Origin: an uncultured virus (IMG/VR IMGVR_UViG_3300017758_000001)
Taxonomy: Duplodnaviria > Heunggongvirae > Uroviricota > Caudoviricetes
IMG/VR virus record: IMGVR_UViG_3300017758_000001
Reading direction: 5' to 3' (one strand)
Length of the DNA: 20,000 nt
Part shown: piece by piece, positions 7,466 through 16,468 of the stretch
Layout: each line of letters begins with the position of its first letter
Numbering within the stretch: position 1 is the stretch's first letter
Program-made: the position numbers and the translations under genes
Notes under the pieces: model-generated
Databases searched by the model: none
What the model was told of the DNA's origin: nothing
Seen by the model: only the letters and a program-made list of their open reading frames with translations

Positions 7466-8116
7466 ATGGAAATTTTTATTAGTATAGATGGTGTACTACG
7501 AAATACAATAGCGAAATTCGACTATCACTACAAAGATTATTATTTGGATAGTGAAGAGGACGAAAAGACAGAAGAAGAAAATAAATTTGACTATGGAGTA
7601 ATCGAACCCGTAAAAAATGAATTTCTTTTAGATAGTTATAAATTTCAATCGAAAGATGAGTTTAATAATTTTCTTTTCCTTGACTATTCAGTTGAGATCT
7701 TTGGTCATGCCAATCCAACTTATAAAAATGTTTTTCATGACTTAAACACATTAATATATAAAAATAAAGAACATAGGTTTACTGTGATCGGTATTGACGA
7801 ATTAGGTAAATCTAAACCATCAACACTATTCTACTTATCAAGGAATGGTTTTATGGGTAACAATGTTAGGTTTAGTATATCTTCTGAAATAGATAATCTT
7901 TGGAAGAAGTGTGATTTATGGATTACCGACAATAAATCAATAATTGATAGTACTCCAAGATTTAAAAAATCTGTAAAGTTCAATAATGACTACAATCAAT
8001 ACTTTACAAATAAGCACGAAATTCATAAATTAACAGAAATAGACAAAACATGGTTGAAATCTTCGGGGAATATTATTACATCGACTTGGACAAGATTAAT
8101 GAAAAGTGTGAAATAA
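7466..8116 (+). CDS. HAD-superfamily 5'(3')-deoxyribonucleotidase-like protein, motif I degenerate
   Basis: N-terminal IFISIDGVLRN (canonical DxDGVL), later DLWITDN and YNQ; layout resembles NT5C-like phage proteins. Confidence 0.6.
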   Translation: MEIFISIDGVLRNTIAKFDYHYKDYYLDSEEDEKTEEENKFDYGVIEPVKNEFLLDSYKFQSKDEFNNFLFLDYSVEIFGHANPTYKNVFHDLNTLIYKNKEHRFTVIGIDELGKSKPSTLFYLSRNGFMGNNVRFSISSEIDNLWKKCDLWITDNKSIIDSTPRFKKSVKFNNDYNQYFTNKHEIHKLTEIDKTWLKSSGNIITSTWTRLMKSVK

Positions 8117-8343
8117 AACTTGACACTAAAGAAAGTGCGAGAGATAATGAAAAATTAGAGATCGAACAAACTATTAATGTATTCAAGTATGATACAGTAA
8201 AACAGTGTATTGATACTATTTTAACTGAACAGGGTCCCGAAGACGGGGCATTAGGTTTATACGCGTCTGACGTGTCTTTACCGTTTAAGTTTGCGTTTAA
8301 CACCCTAATAAATTATGAGATTTTAAGAAAATACGATGAGTAA
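8050..8343 (+). CDS. Hypothetical protein
   Basis: 97-aa ORF filling the gap between HAD-like and GT genes; overlaps both. Confidence 0.75.
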   Translation: MVEIFGEYYYIDLDKINEKCEIKLDTKESARDNEKLEIEQTINVFKYDTVKQCIDTILTEQGPEDGALGLYASDVSLPFKFAFNTLINYEILRKYDE

Positions 8344-9406
8344 CACAAAAGAAAACTTACAAAAATTAGAATCCGCACTTAGTCGGTTAGGTAAAAAAGA
8401 AAATAAAATATATTTTTTAACCTATGATACTAAGAACAATGCAAGAGCGGCAGTAAAATATATCTATGATACTGTGGAAACACTTAGAAATGATGGATAT
8501 GACGCCAAAATACTTGTAGAAGACAATAAATATGTTGGTATAAAATCATGGTTAGGTGATAGATATTCTGATATTCCGATTGTAACAATCAAAGAAGATC
8601 AAATACAAATGGAACTCGATGATGTTATAGTAGTACCTGAATTCTATTCAAATGTTTTGGAACAACTTGCGAATATAAAATGTACTAAAGTAATGTTAGT
8701 ACAACAAACTGAGTACATATTTGAAACATTACCTGTGGGGGCAAGATGGAGAGACTATGGTTTCGATAAAGTAATCACAACGACTGAAACTTCAAAAGAA
8801 TACATCAAAAGTGTATTCCCTGAATCGTTAGTTTACGTTAACCCACCTAAGATTGGTGATAACTTCAAACCTTCTGAAAATCCCGCTAAACCATTTATTG
8901 CGATTAGTGCGAGAGATAGAGGACAACACAGAAGAGTTATATCAGAATTTTACTTAAGATATCCACAACTAAGATGGATTACTTTCAAAGACATGGTACA
9001 AATGACTTATGAGGACTTTTCAAAACAACTTAGAGAATGTATATGTTCCGTTTGGATGGACGATGATTCAACTTTTGGAACATTCCCTTTAGAGTCTATG
9101 AAATCTGAAGTTCCTGTAATTGGTAAAATACCAACAAGGGAACCCGAATGGATAGGTGAGAATGGAATTTGGACTTATGATATCAATAAGATTGTTGAAT
9201 TAATTGGTACGTATGTCTTAGCATGGTTAGATGGTGTGACAATAAAAGATGATGTCAAAGAAAAAATGAGAGAGTCATTAGTTCCTTATACTGATGATAT
9301 TATAGATAATAATGTACTCTCAATTTTCAATTCTTTGAAAAACTCAAGAGTAAAACTTATTGAGGAGGCATTGGATAAATTTAAAGAAGAAGAAGTAACA
9401 GCATGA
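8336..9406 (+). CDS. Glycosyltransferase-like protein, GT-B fold
   Basis: DVIVVPEF and STFGTFPLESMKSEVPVIG, resembling the GT4 signature E.FG...lEAM..G.PVI. Confidence 0.75.
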   Translation: MSNTKENLQKLESALSRLGKKENKIYFLTYDTKNNARAAVKYIYDTVETLRNDGYDAKILVEDNKYVGIKSWLGDRYSDIPIVTIKEDQIQMELDDVIVVPEFYSNVLEQLANIKCTKVMLVQQTEYIFETLPVGARWRDYGFDKVITTTETSKEYIKSVFPESLVYVNPPKIGDNFKPSENPAKPFIAISARDRGQHRRVISEFYLRYPQLRWITFKDMVQMTYEDFSKQLRECICSVWMDDDSTFGTFPLESMKSEVPVIGKIPTREPEWIGENGIWTYDINKIVELIGTYVLAWLDGVTIKDDVKEKMRESLVPYTDDIIDNNVLSIFNSLKNSRVKLIEEALDKFKEEEVTA

Positions 9407-10191
9407 AAAATATAACAGTAATACTACCAATTCACACAATAGATGGTGATTATGGTGAAATGTTAAGTAAAGCGGTCGAATCAGTGGAACAATTTCACGA
9501 TGATGTAGTTTTAAACATCGTTGGACCAAAAGACGTTGTCGGTTCATTAACCAAAGAGGGTTTATCCGATAAATTAGAAATTACACTCACAATAAACAAA
9601 GGAGATACGGGTTTTTGTTCACAAGTAAACTTAGGTATTGAAGAATGTAAAACGGAATGGTTTTCCATTTTAGAAATTGATGATGTGTATACTAATAATT
9701 GGTTAAGATCTTTTGAAACATACAAAGATTCATTCGGAGAAGATATCGATGTATTTTTGACAGTAGTCAAAGATGTAAATACTGAAGGTAAATTATTAAA
9801 CTTCACAAATGAGTCTGTATGGGCTTATGGTTTCACAGAGACCCAAGGAGTACTAAACAACGAAGTCCTATTAGATTACCAAAACTACCAAACAAGTGGT
9901 GGTTTCTATAAAACAGAAGCGGTAAAATCTAATGGTTCATTTAAAGATAATATTAAACTCACTTTTAGTTATGAGTTTTTATTGAGATTGACACATAATG
10001 GTGTCAAAATCGCGGTCATCCCACAGACGGGGTATAAACACGTTAATTTTAGAGAGGGGTCATTGTTTTGGAATTATAAAAACAGTGAAGAAGACAAACT
10101 TAAAACTAAAGAAGCTCAGTTTTGGTTAGAAACAGCAAAGAAAGAATTCTTTTTCAAAAATAAACGAGAAGTAGAATATGTAGAAAATTAA
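9403..10191 (+). CDS. Glycosyltransferase family 2-like (GT-A fold)
   Basis: ITVILPIH, KAVESV, VNLGIEECKTEWFSILEIDD (DxD region), YEFLLRL. Confidence 0.85.
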   Translation: MKNITVILPIHTIDGDYGEMLSKAVESVEQFHDDVVLNIVGPKDVVGSLTKEGLSDKLEITLTINKGDTGFCSQVNLGIEECKTEWFSILEIDDVYTNNWLRSFETYKDSFGEDIDVFLTVVKDVNTEGKLLNFTNESVWAYGFTETQGVLNNEVLLDYQNYQTSGGFYKTEAVKSNGSFKDNIKLTFSYEFLLRLTHNGVKIAVIPQTGYKHVNFREGSLFWNYKNSEEDKLKTKEAQFWLETAKKEFFFKNKREVEYVEN

Positions 10192-10892
10192 TGCCGAGAA
10201 AGCGAACCCAAAAAATGTACTTTGGGGAGGAGCAAGAACAAGCGGTAGTACGATATTTAGAATCCGAAAACGACGAAGAAAAGAATAAGATATTCAATGA
10301 ATATTTAAGAGAACCTCTCAAAATAATGGTGGAAAGTATAATCCGTCGTTACAAATTATATAGAAAAGACTTAGAATTTATAGAAATTCACACTGATACC
10401 ATGTCATTTTTGATGACTAAGATCAGTAAGTTTGACACAACAAAGAATTACAAAGCGTATTCCTATTTTGGTACGATCTGTAAGAATTACCTTATGGGTA
10501 TGATACAGAAAGATCAAAAAGAACAGAATAGGTCTGTATCCTATGAAGATATATCCTCACGGATAGAAGATAGGGCGGACCTTTCTTACATTATAGATGA
10601 AGAAATCATCGATTATAAAGACGTAGTTAATAAACTAACAACAGAACTCGAAGTATTTGTAGAAGAACAAGAACTTAACGTGAATGAAAAGAAGTTAGGT
10701 TACGCACTTATAGAAGTATTTTCAAACTTTGAAAAGGTATTTCAAATCGGTGAAGGTAATAAATTCAATAAAAATCTAATTTTATTGTCTTTAAGAGAAA
10801 TGACATCTTTAACCACTAAGGAAATACGGGTAGCAATGAAGAAGTATAAGAAACTTTACGAAACACTTAAACTTGCCTTCATAGAATATTAA
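10191..10892 (+). CDS. Phage sigma factor, T4 gp55-like late sigma
   Basis: KFDTTKNYKAYSYFGTICKNYL resembles sigma region 2 of gp55-type proteins (FD..K..npFaYFTqI..naF). Confidence 0.7.
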   Translation: MPRKRTQKMYFGEEQEQAVVRYLESENDEEKNKIFNEYLREPLKIMVESIIRRYKLYRKDLEFIEIHTDTMSFLMTKISKFDTTKNYKAYSYFGTICKNYLMGMIQKDQKEQNRSVSYEDISSRIEDRADLSYIIDEEIIDYKDVVNKLTTELEVFVEEQELNVNEKKLGYALIEVFSNFEKVFQIGEGNKFNKNLILLSLREMTSLTTKEIRVAMKKYKKLYETLKLAFIEY

Positions 10893-10899
10893 ACATTAA

Positions 10900-10907
10900 T
10901 ATTTATA
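10900..10907 (+). promoter_or_regulatory. TATTTATA motif, candidate late promoter
   Basis: Sits in the 18-nt intergenic gap, ending 3 nt before ATG 10911. Confidence 0.5.
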
Positions 10908-10910
10908 GTT

Positions 10911-11297
10911 ATGAGAAGAAAAAAGAATATACTATCGTTTGATACCGATTCTGCATTGTCTCTCATGCAAGAAATTTACAATGATATCGTAGAGCAGAAA
11001 CAAACTGCAAGTATGATAACAAAAAAGATGTTAAGTTTCATGAAAGAGGCGGAGGATATGAGTGTGATTGGACCAGTTATAAAAGAACAACAAAAAATAC
11101 TAAATGATTGTACTGAAAAGAAAATATCATTAGTAAAGTTACAAAGTGCCATAATGAAACAATCAGGTACAGGTAGTTCAACACAAAGTGGTGGTAAATT
11201 AGATTTGACTGAAGAAGATAGAATTTTACTTGAGAAGTTAATGAAAGAAGATGATGAACCCTCATCAGAATCCGATACCAAAAATTATAAAATGTAA
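10911..11297 (+). CDS. Hypothetical helical/coiled-coil protein
   Basis: 128-aa ORF; TAATG-coupled to next gene. Confidence 0.8.
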   Translation: MRRKKNILSFDTDSALSLMQEIYNDIVEQKQTASMITKKMLSFMKEAEDMSVIGPVIKEQQKILNDCTEKKISLVKLQSAIMKQSGTGSSTQSGGKLDLTEEDRILLEKLMKEDDEPSSESDTKNYKM

Positions 11298-13201
11298 TGG
11301 GTAAGGTTAGTACACTTAGAAATAAAATAAAGTCCAAGATAGAGGTAATTAAGAAGATTAATGATAATCCAAAATTATCCTCTGATAACTTGTACGATCT
11401 TTATGGGGAAGGTGTGACTAACGTAGATAAATTATTACAAAGTAAAATAGGTGGTCTAACATCTAAATTTAGTAAGAAAAGTAACGAAAATAAGGAGAAC
11501 ATATTCGGGTCATTAATTGATACTGCATCGGGATTCCTTAATTCTAAATCAAATACGATACAAGTCGGTGATAAATTAATCACAGGTAACAAAATCAAAA
11601 GATATGCGTTACAATCTGCGGATAAAACCCTTAAGTCAGGTAAACAAATAGTACAAGACAGTGTTAAGGAAGTTTTATTTGTAGATTCAGATACAAGTAT
11701 TTGTGGTGTTGAGACAAATATGCCAAGTGATTCTATGATAATCAAACCGACTGAAATAGATTTTCTTGAAATGTTACAAACTGAACCAACTTCGAAAGTT
11801 GGTCAGATCATGTACGAGGCACCCTCACCATCTTATGGAACAACCAAAATGAATAGAGATCTATACGGGTCTTTTAATGGTCCATATACCTTTTCATCAA
11901 ACCAAGGACAATCGATGTTTGACATGAATTGGAACTCATCGTTACAAGAATGGAATGTGTCGGGTCTTCATCAAGGAGGGGGTAATAATGTACCTAAGGT
12001 AGGTGATTTTGTTTCACAATATTACGATTCAATAGAAACCCCTGATTTAAATTACATTATTAAAACAAGTATGTTAATGACTCTTCAAGGTGATGGTGAA
12101 AACCCACAGATATTTGATGAAGCAATTAACGGTCTTAATAGATTATGTAATAAGTTATTTAAAATATGTGGTCAAGAAGAACAAAGTAACTTAATACAAA
12201 CCACAAGTCAACAATTTTCAGAAAATGACTTAGATGTTGAATCTTATTTTGATTTTGCAGATGTAGAAGGTATTGATTTAGACGACGAGGACGCTAGATA
12301 TAGAAAAGTTTTAAGGTTTGTTGATTGTGGTAATTTTGAAGTACCATCATCCTCTTCAAACTTCGAGGATTTTGTGGTCCTCTCTCAAAATGGGAATTTA
12401 GATCAATTAGTAAACAACACATTAGAAGATGCGGCAAGAAACGCACTATTAAATTCGGGGAGTGATCCCAAACTAATTGACAATATAAATCTTGAACTAA
12501 TAAACCTTTTTGTATTAAATGTTCCAAAGGCAATTGTAAGTGCATATTTAGGACCTAAGATATTTTTACCTTTAGTTATAGCATGGAAACAATTAACAAA
12601 CTTTGCTGGTTCCGTTAAAGACCTAATGAAAAAGTTCTACAAACTTTTCTACAAGATAATCAAAAACGTATTTTGGAAATTTATAGAGGAATTTTGGCAA
12701 CTTATTAAAAGAGATTTATTAGCGTTTGTTACTGCAATCGTTGCAAAAATATTATTAAATAAGTACAAACGATACATTACAATATTAACGGCATTAATTA
12801 GTCTTTTGAGAAGGATATTAGCAATGGGTATAAAGAGTTGTGCTGATTTATTCGGTGCGGTAATAGACTTAATTAATACGGCATTAAGGGTCGGTGGACC
12901 AAAAGTAAATATACCAGGGATTTTATTAGGACTCTCTGACTTTTTACCAGGTTATAGTGCAGATAGAGCATTTATGAACGCAACAGAAAGAATGTCTGCA
13001 TCAGGATTAAACACAGGACCTGTTTATGGTGAACCTAATGAAATGATTTCAATGGTAAAAAGTATTATTGATGGGAATCAAGAAGAAATTGACACAAACT
13101 CCTTTGTTAAAGTGGGGAATAAAATGATAACCGTACCAACACCAGTAGGTCCAATAGTGATCCCACCAGGTATTATTAATAGTGCAGGTAAAATCTTATA
13201 A
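11297..13201 (+). CDS. Large hypothetical protein, probably virion/baseplate-associated
   Basis: 634-aa ORF upstream of the spike-like gene; amphipathic/hydrophobic helical region near aa 400-530. Confidence 0.8.
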   Translation: MGKVSTLRNKIKSKIEVIKKINDNPKLSSDNLYDLYGEGVTNVDKLLQSKIGGLTSKFSKKSNENKENIFGSLIDTASGFLNSKSNTIQVGDKLITGNKIKRYALQSADKTLKSGKQIVQDSVKEVLFVDSDTSICGVETNMPSDSMIIKPTEIDFLEMLQTEPTSKVGQIMYEAPSPSYGTTKMNRDLYGSFNGPYTFSSNQGQSMFDMNWNSSLQEWNVSGLHQGGGNNVPKVGDFVSQYYDSIETPDLNYIIKTSMLMTLQGDGENPQIFDEAINGLNRLCNKLFKICGQEEQSNLIQTTSQQFSENDLDVESYFDFADVEGIDLDDEDARYRKVLRFVDCGNFEVPSSSSNFEDFVVLSQNGNLDQLVNNTLEDAARNALLNSGSDPKLIDNINLELINLFVLNVPKAIVSAYLGPKIFLPLVIAWKQLTNFAGSVKDLMKKFYKLFYKIIKNVFWKFIEEFWQLIKRDLLAFVTAIVAKILLNKYKRYITILTALISLLRRILAMGIKSCADLFGAVIDLINTALRVGGPKVNIPGILLGLSDFLPGYSADRAFMNATERMSASGLNTGPVYGEPNEMISMVKSIIDGNQEEIDTNSFVKVGNKMITVPTPVGPIVIPPGIINSAGKIL

Positions 13202-13203
13202 TT

Positions 13204-13401
13204 ATGGATGTAAACAAAATTCAAGACATTGTAGAAAACCCTCAAGATAAATCAAATAAAGATTTAGGGGAATGTGAAAAATTCTTGTATGTGGAGTTTG
13301 AGAAAACAAAAGATCAGATAGTCACACTTACAAGATATTTGGACAAAGTAGAATCGTCCTATAATTTAATAAACGAAGAACTTTCAAACAGATTTAAATA
13401 A
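13204..13401 (+). CDS. Hypothetical small coiled-coil protein
   Basis: 65-aa ORF exactly filling the gap; TAATG-coupled to 13401. Confidence 0.75.
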   Translation: MDVNKIQDIVENPQDKSNKDLGECEKFLYVEFEKTKDQIVTLTRYLDKVESSYNLINEELSNRFK

Positions 13402-14891
13402 TGTCAATAATCTCTTTAGCGATAGTCACCGATAACAGTGACCCAAAAGGTATAGGTAGGGTACGTATCAAACCTAAGGGGATGATGACGGGTGATGTTG
13501 AACGTGCTATTGATTATGATTTATGGACTGAGAAGGATCCTTTTGTTGCCAATCCTTTTCTACCAACTAATCTGAATTTTGTTCCTGAATTAGGACAAAC
13601 AGTAAAACTACTTACATATGATCCCGAAAATCCACTAATAAATAGAGAATATATTTCGGGTCCATTTACCACGACACACGATTTTAATTCACAAATAGGG
13701 ACAAGACAAGTAGAGAACACCTCATACGGTAATGTAGTTAAAAAAATGAAAGATATATTCACCAAAGACGGTGTATATGTTAAAGAAAAGTCTGAAGGAA
13801 GTATTGCAAAAAAAGAGGATTACGCAATCTATGGTAAATATGGTTCAGACATATTATTCACTCAAGATGGGATTAACTTAAGAGGTGGTAAGTTACTTAG
13901 TAAAGACGCTGCAAGTGATAAGGAAAAGGTTGATATAGTCAATTTTCCTATTATGTCCGATAAAATGTCTCTACTATCATTAAAAAAATTCGGTGTCAAA
14001 CAGATGTTTGAAGAAATTGAAGAAGTAATTAAGGAATTACCAATAAAAAAATTACAATACGTTGTTGAGTATATGGTCGATAGTGTGAATAATCCATCAA
14101 CAATATATTGGTTTGTATATGAAGTGAAAGACGTTTATGGTGATGTATTTCTTACGAGTGTTTTTAATACAAATACCGCAAGACCAATATCTTCATATTC
14201 GACAGCAACAAAATTAATCAACCTTGATGATACCACATCAACACCAACCTTTACTCAAAGTGTAAGTTCATATGAAGAGTGTTATGTTACAATAAGAAAC
14301 ACTATTTGTAGGTTGAGTAATGAATCTTTAAGTTCATTTGATGGTAGATTACCTAACAAGAAATTACATCCTTTTTACTTCAGACCAGACCAAGGACTCA
14401 ATGATGAAACATTTTTAAGTAATATTAAACCTGATGGTTGTACTGCCGAAATTTACAATGGTGCAGGACTAATTTTTGACTTAAATGAACCAATACCTAA
14501 AGAAAAAGAGAAAAAAAGAAAAGTAAGACGTTTAAAAACTCTTTCTAACAGACAAGAACAATCTTTTGGTACATTATCATCAGATAAAATATACTTTATA
14601 TCGACCGAAACCAATGAAGTTGGAACTAAGTCGATACCATTTGGTAAATTAAACAAGTATGAATACACCCAAGAAGACTTACTAACTAAAATTGAACCTA
14701 ATACCTACGCAACAGTGAGAGGTGAAACTCTACTTGCCTTTATAGATCAATTAGTTAGAGTAGTGGCGGGTCACGCTCATAATCCGACCAAACCTATGGT
14801 CAAAAATGGTTACCCTGATTGGGATAAATTAATGAATCTTTACCAAACTCTTGAAAATGATATACTAAATAAATCGATTAGAATAAACTAA
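13401..14891 (+). CDS. Baseplate hub/central spike protein (gp5/VgrG-like OB-fold N-terminus)
   Basis: AIVTDNSDPKGIGRVRI and FVPELGQTVKL match the gp5/VgrG OB-fold pattern; C-terminal VRGETL...GHAHNP contains an HxH motif. Confidence 0.7.
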   Translation: MSIISLAIVTDNSDPKGIGRVRIKPKGMMTGDVERAIDYDLWTEKDPFVANPFLPTNLNFVPELGQTVKLLTYDPENPLINREYISGPFTTTHDFNSQIGTRQVENTSYGNVVKKMKDIFTKDGVYVKEKSEGSIAKKEDYAIYGKYGSDILFTQDGINLRGGKLLSKDAASDKEKVDIVNFPIMSDKMSLLSLKKFGVKQMFEEIEEVIKELPIKKLQYVVEYMVDSVNNPSTIYWFVYEVKDVYGDVFLTSVFNTNTARPISSYSTATKLINLDDTTSTPTFTQSVSSYEECYVTIRNTICRLSNESLSSFDGRLPNKKLHPFYFRPDQGLNDETFLSNIKPDGCTAEIYNGAGLIFDLNEPIPKEKEKKRKVRRLKTLSNRQEQSFGTLSSDKIYFISTETNEVGTKSIPFGKLNKYEYTQEDLLTKIEPNTYATVRGETLLAFIDQLVRVVAGHAHNPTKPMVKNGYPDWDKLMNLYQTLENDILNKSIRIN

Positions 14892-14893
14892 TA

Positions 14894-14903
14894 GATATTT
14901 ATA
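14894..14903 (+). promoter_or_regulatory. GATATTTATA motif, candidate late promoter
   Basis: Identical to 458-467; in a 30-nt intergenic gap, 18 nt before ATG 14922. Confidence 0.55.
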
Positions 14904-14921
14904 TAGAAAGAGTTTTTAAAG

Positions 14922-16295
14922 ATGTCATACTTTCGTTCATATTTTAATAAAAATAATACAATAATTAAGAATAAAAAGGTTAACACCGCGAAGAACCCGT
15001 CAACGGAAATTTTCTACGGATCGGGATTCTCTAAATTCTTATTTACTGTAGACTTTGATGATGTAAAATCAAAGGTCACAGATGGTACGTACGTTTTAGA
15101 TGGTAATACTAAACATGTACTCCACATGACAAATACTATATTTGGTGATGAAACTTTTCTTGGTGCTAAAAGAGGCACGGGTAGAGAAAGAACATCGTCA
15201 TTTAAACTAATCTTATTTCAGATAACAGAGTATTGGGATGAAGGGGTTGGATTCGACTATGAAGATTCAGGATCCGACTTCACAACAGGAAATGATACAT
15301 TCGATGTAAGACCGTCAAACTGGTTCAACAGAACCACGCTAGATTCTTGGTCTTATGACGGTGTATATACGAACAACCCAACTATCATATCATCACAACA
15401 ATTTGATAATGGAAATGAAAATCTTGAAATGGATATTACATCTTATGTAAATGATATTCTAACAGGATCCACAATAAATTACGGTTTAGGTATTGCGTTT
15501 GATCCTTTATATGAAACGATAACTCAAGAGGTAGACCAATCAGTGGCGTTCTTTTCAAAATATACACAAACATTCTTCGAACCTTTTGTACAAACAACTT
15601 TCGATGACAGAATATTAGATGATAGACAAAATTTCATTGAGAAAACAAATCAAAATCTATTTCTTTATGTAAATAAGGAAACCAATTTCTTTGATTTGGA
15701 TAATATTCCATCTGTAGATATTCTTGATTCAACTCAAACACCTATAAATGGTCTTACAAATTTAACAGTTGATAAAGTAAGAAAAGGTGTTTATAAAGTG
15801 ACTTTTGGTATTAACGGGTTAATTTGTGACGGAAAAAGATTTTTTTACGATGTATGGAAAGGTATTAATGTAGAAGGAAACACATTTCCTGATATAACAC
15901 AAAAATTTATACCAAAACCATACTCATCTAAATTTAGTCTTGGTGAAAATCTATCTGAACTTAAAAAATATATAGTACAATATTCAGGTATCCAACAGAA
16001 TGAGAAGATAAAATCTGGTGAAGTTAGAAAGATCACCGCAAAATTTAGAACAATATCGGAATCAAACGATGTTCTTTTTGATGAAGTATTCTATAGAATA
16101 TACATAAAAGAAGGTTCTACCCACGTAAATGTATTTGATTGGACATATTTAGATGTAACCAATGAAAATAGTTTTGTAATTGATACATCTATTCTTATTC
16201 CAAGAGAATATTTTATTGAAATAAGAGGTATAAAACACAATGAAGAAATCTCGTATAAAGATGAGATTACTTTTGAGATTGTATCAGAAAAATAA
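14922..16295 (+). CDS. Hypothetical beta-rich protein, probably virion structural
   Basis: 457-aa ORF rich in Thr/Asp/Asn/aromatic residues (YWDEGVGFDY, RPSNW); follows the spike gene and a late-type motif. Confidence 0.8.
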   Translation: MSYFRSYFNKNNTIIKNKKVNTAKNPSTEIFYGSGFSKFLFTVDFDDVKSKVTDGTYVLDGNTKHVLHMTNTIFGDETFLGAKRGTGRERTSSFKLILFQITEYWDEGVGFDYEDSGSDFTTGNDTFDVRPSNWFNRTTLDSWSYDGVYTNNPTIISSQQFDNGNENLEMDITSYVNDILTGSTINYGLGIAFDPLYETITQEVDQSVAFFSKYTQTFFEPFVQTTFDDRILDDRQNFIEKTNQNLFLYVNKETNFFDLDNIPSVDILDSTQTPINGLTNLTVDKVRKGVYKVTFGINGLICDGKRFFYDVWKGINVEGNTFPDITQKFIPKPYSSKFSLGENLSELKKYIVQYSGIQQNEKIKSGEVRKITAKFRTISESNDVLFDEVFYRIYIKEGSTHVNVFDWTYLDVTNENSFVIDTSILIPREYFIEIRGIKHNEEISYKDEITFEIVSEK

Positions 16296-16310
16296 ACTAT
16301 TTAAAATAAT

Positions 16311-16451
16311 ATGATAAAAAATCAAGACAACGGGAACACACAACTCAATGATATCAGAAATGATTTTAATGACCGAGTTCAAACGAAATCATTTATGGGT
16401 CGTACCAATAGAGTTATTTGGGCAAATAAAAGAAGATTCAGGACAATTTAA
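16311..16451 (+). CDS. Small hypothetical protein (46 aa), absent from ORF track
   Basis: MIKNQDNGNTQLNDIRNDFNDRVQTKSFMGRTNRVIWANKRRFRTI*; fills most of the 173-nt gap and is preceded by TATTTAAA (16298-16305). Confidence 0.65.
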   Translation: MIKNQDNGNTQLNDIRNDFNDRVQTKSFMGRTNRVIWANKRRFRTI

Positions 16452-16468
16452 TTAATCAAAAAAAAGTT

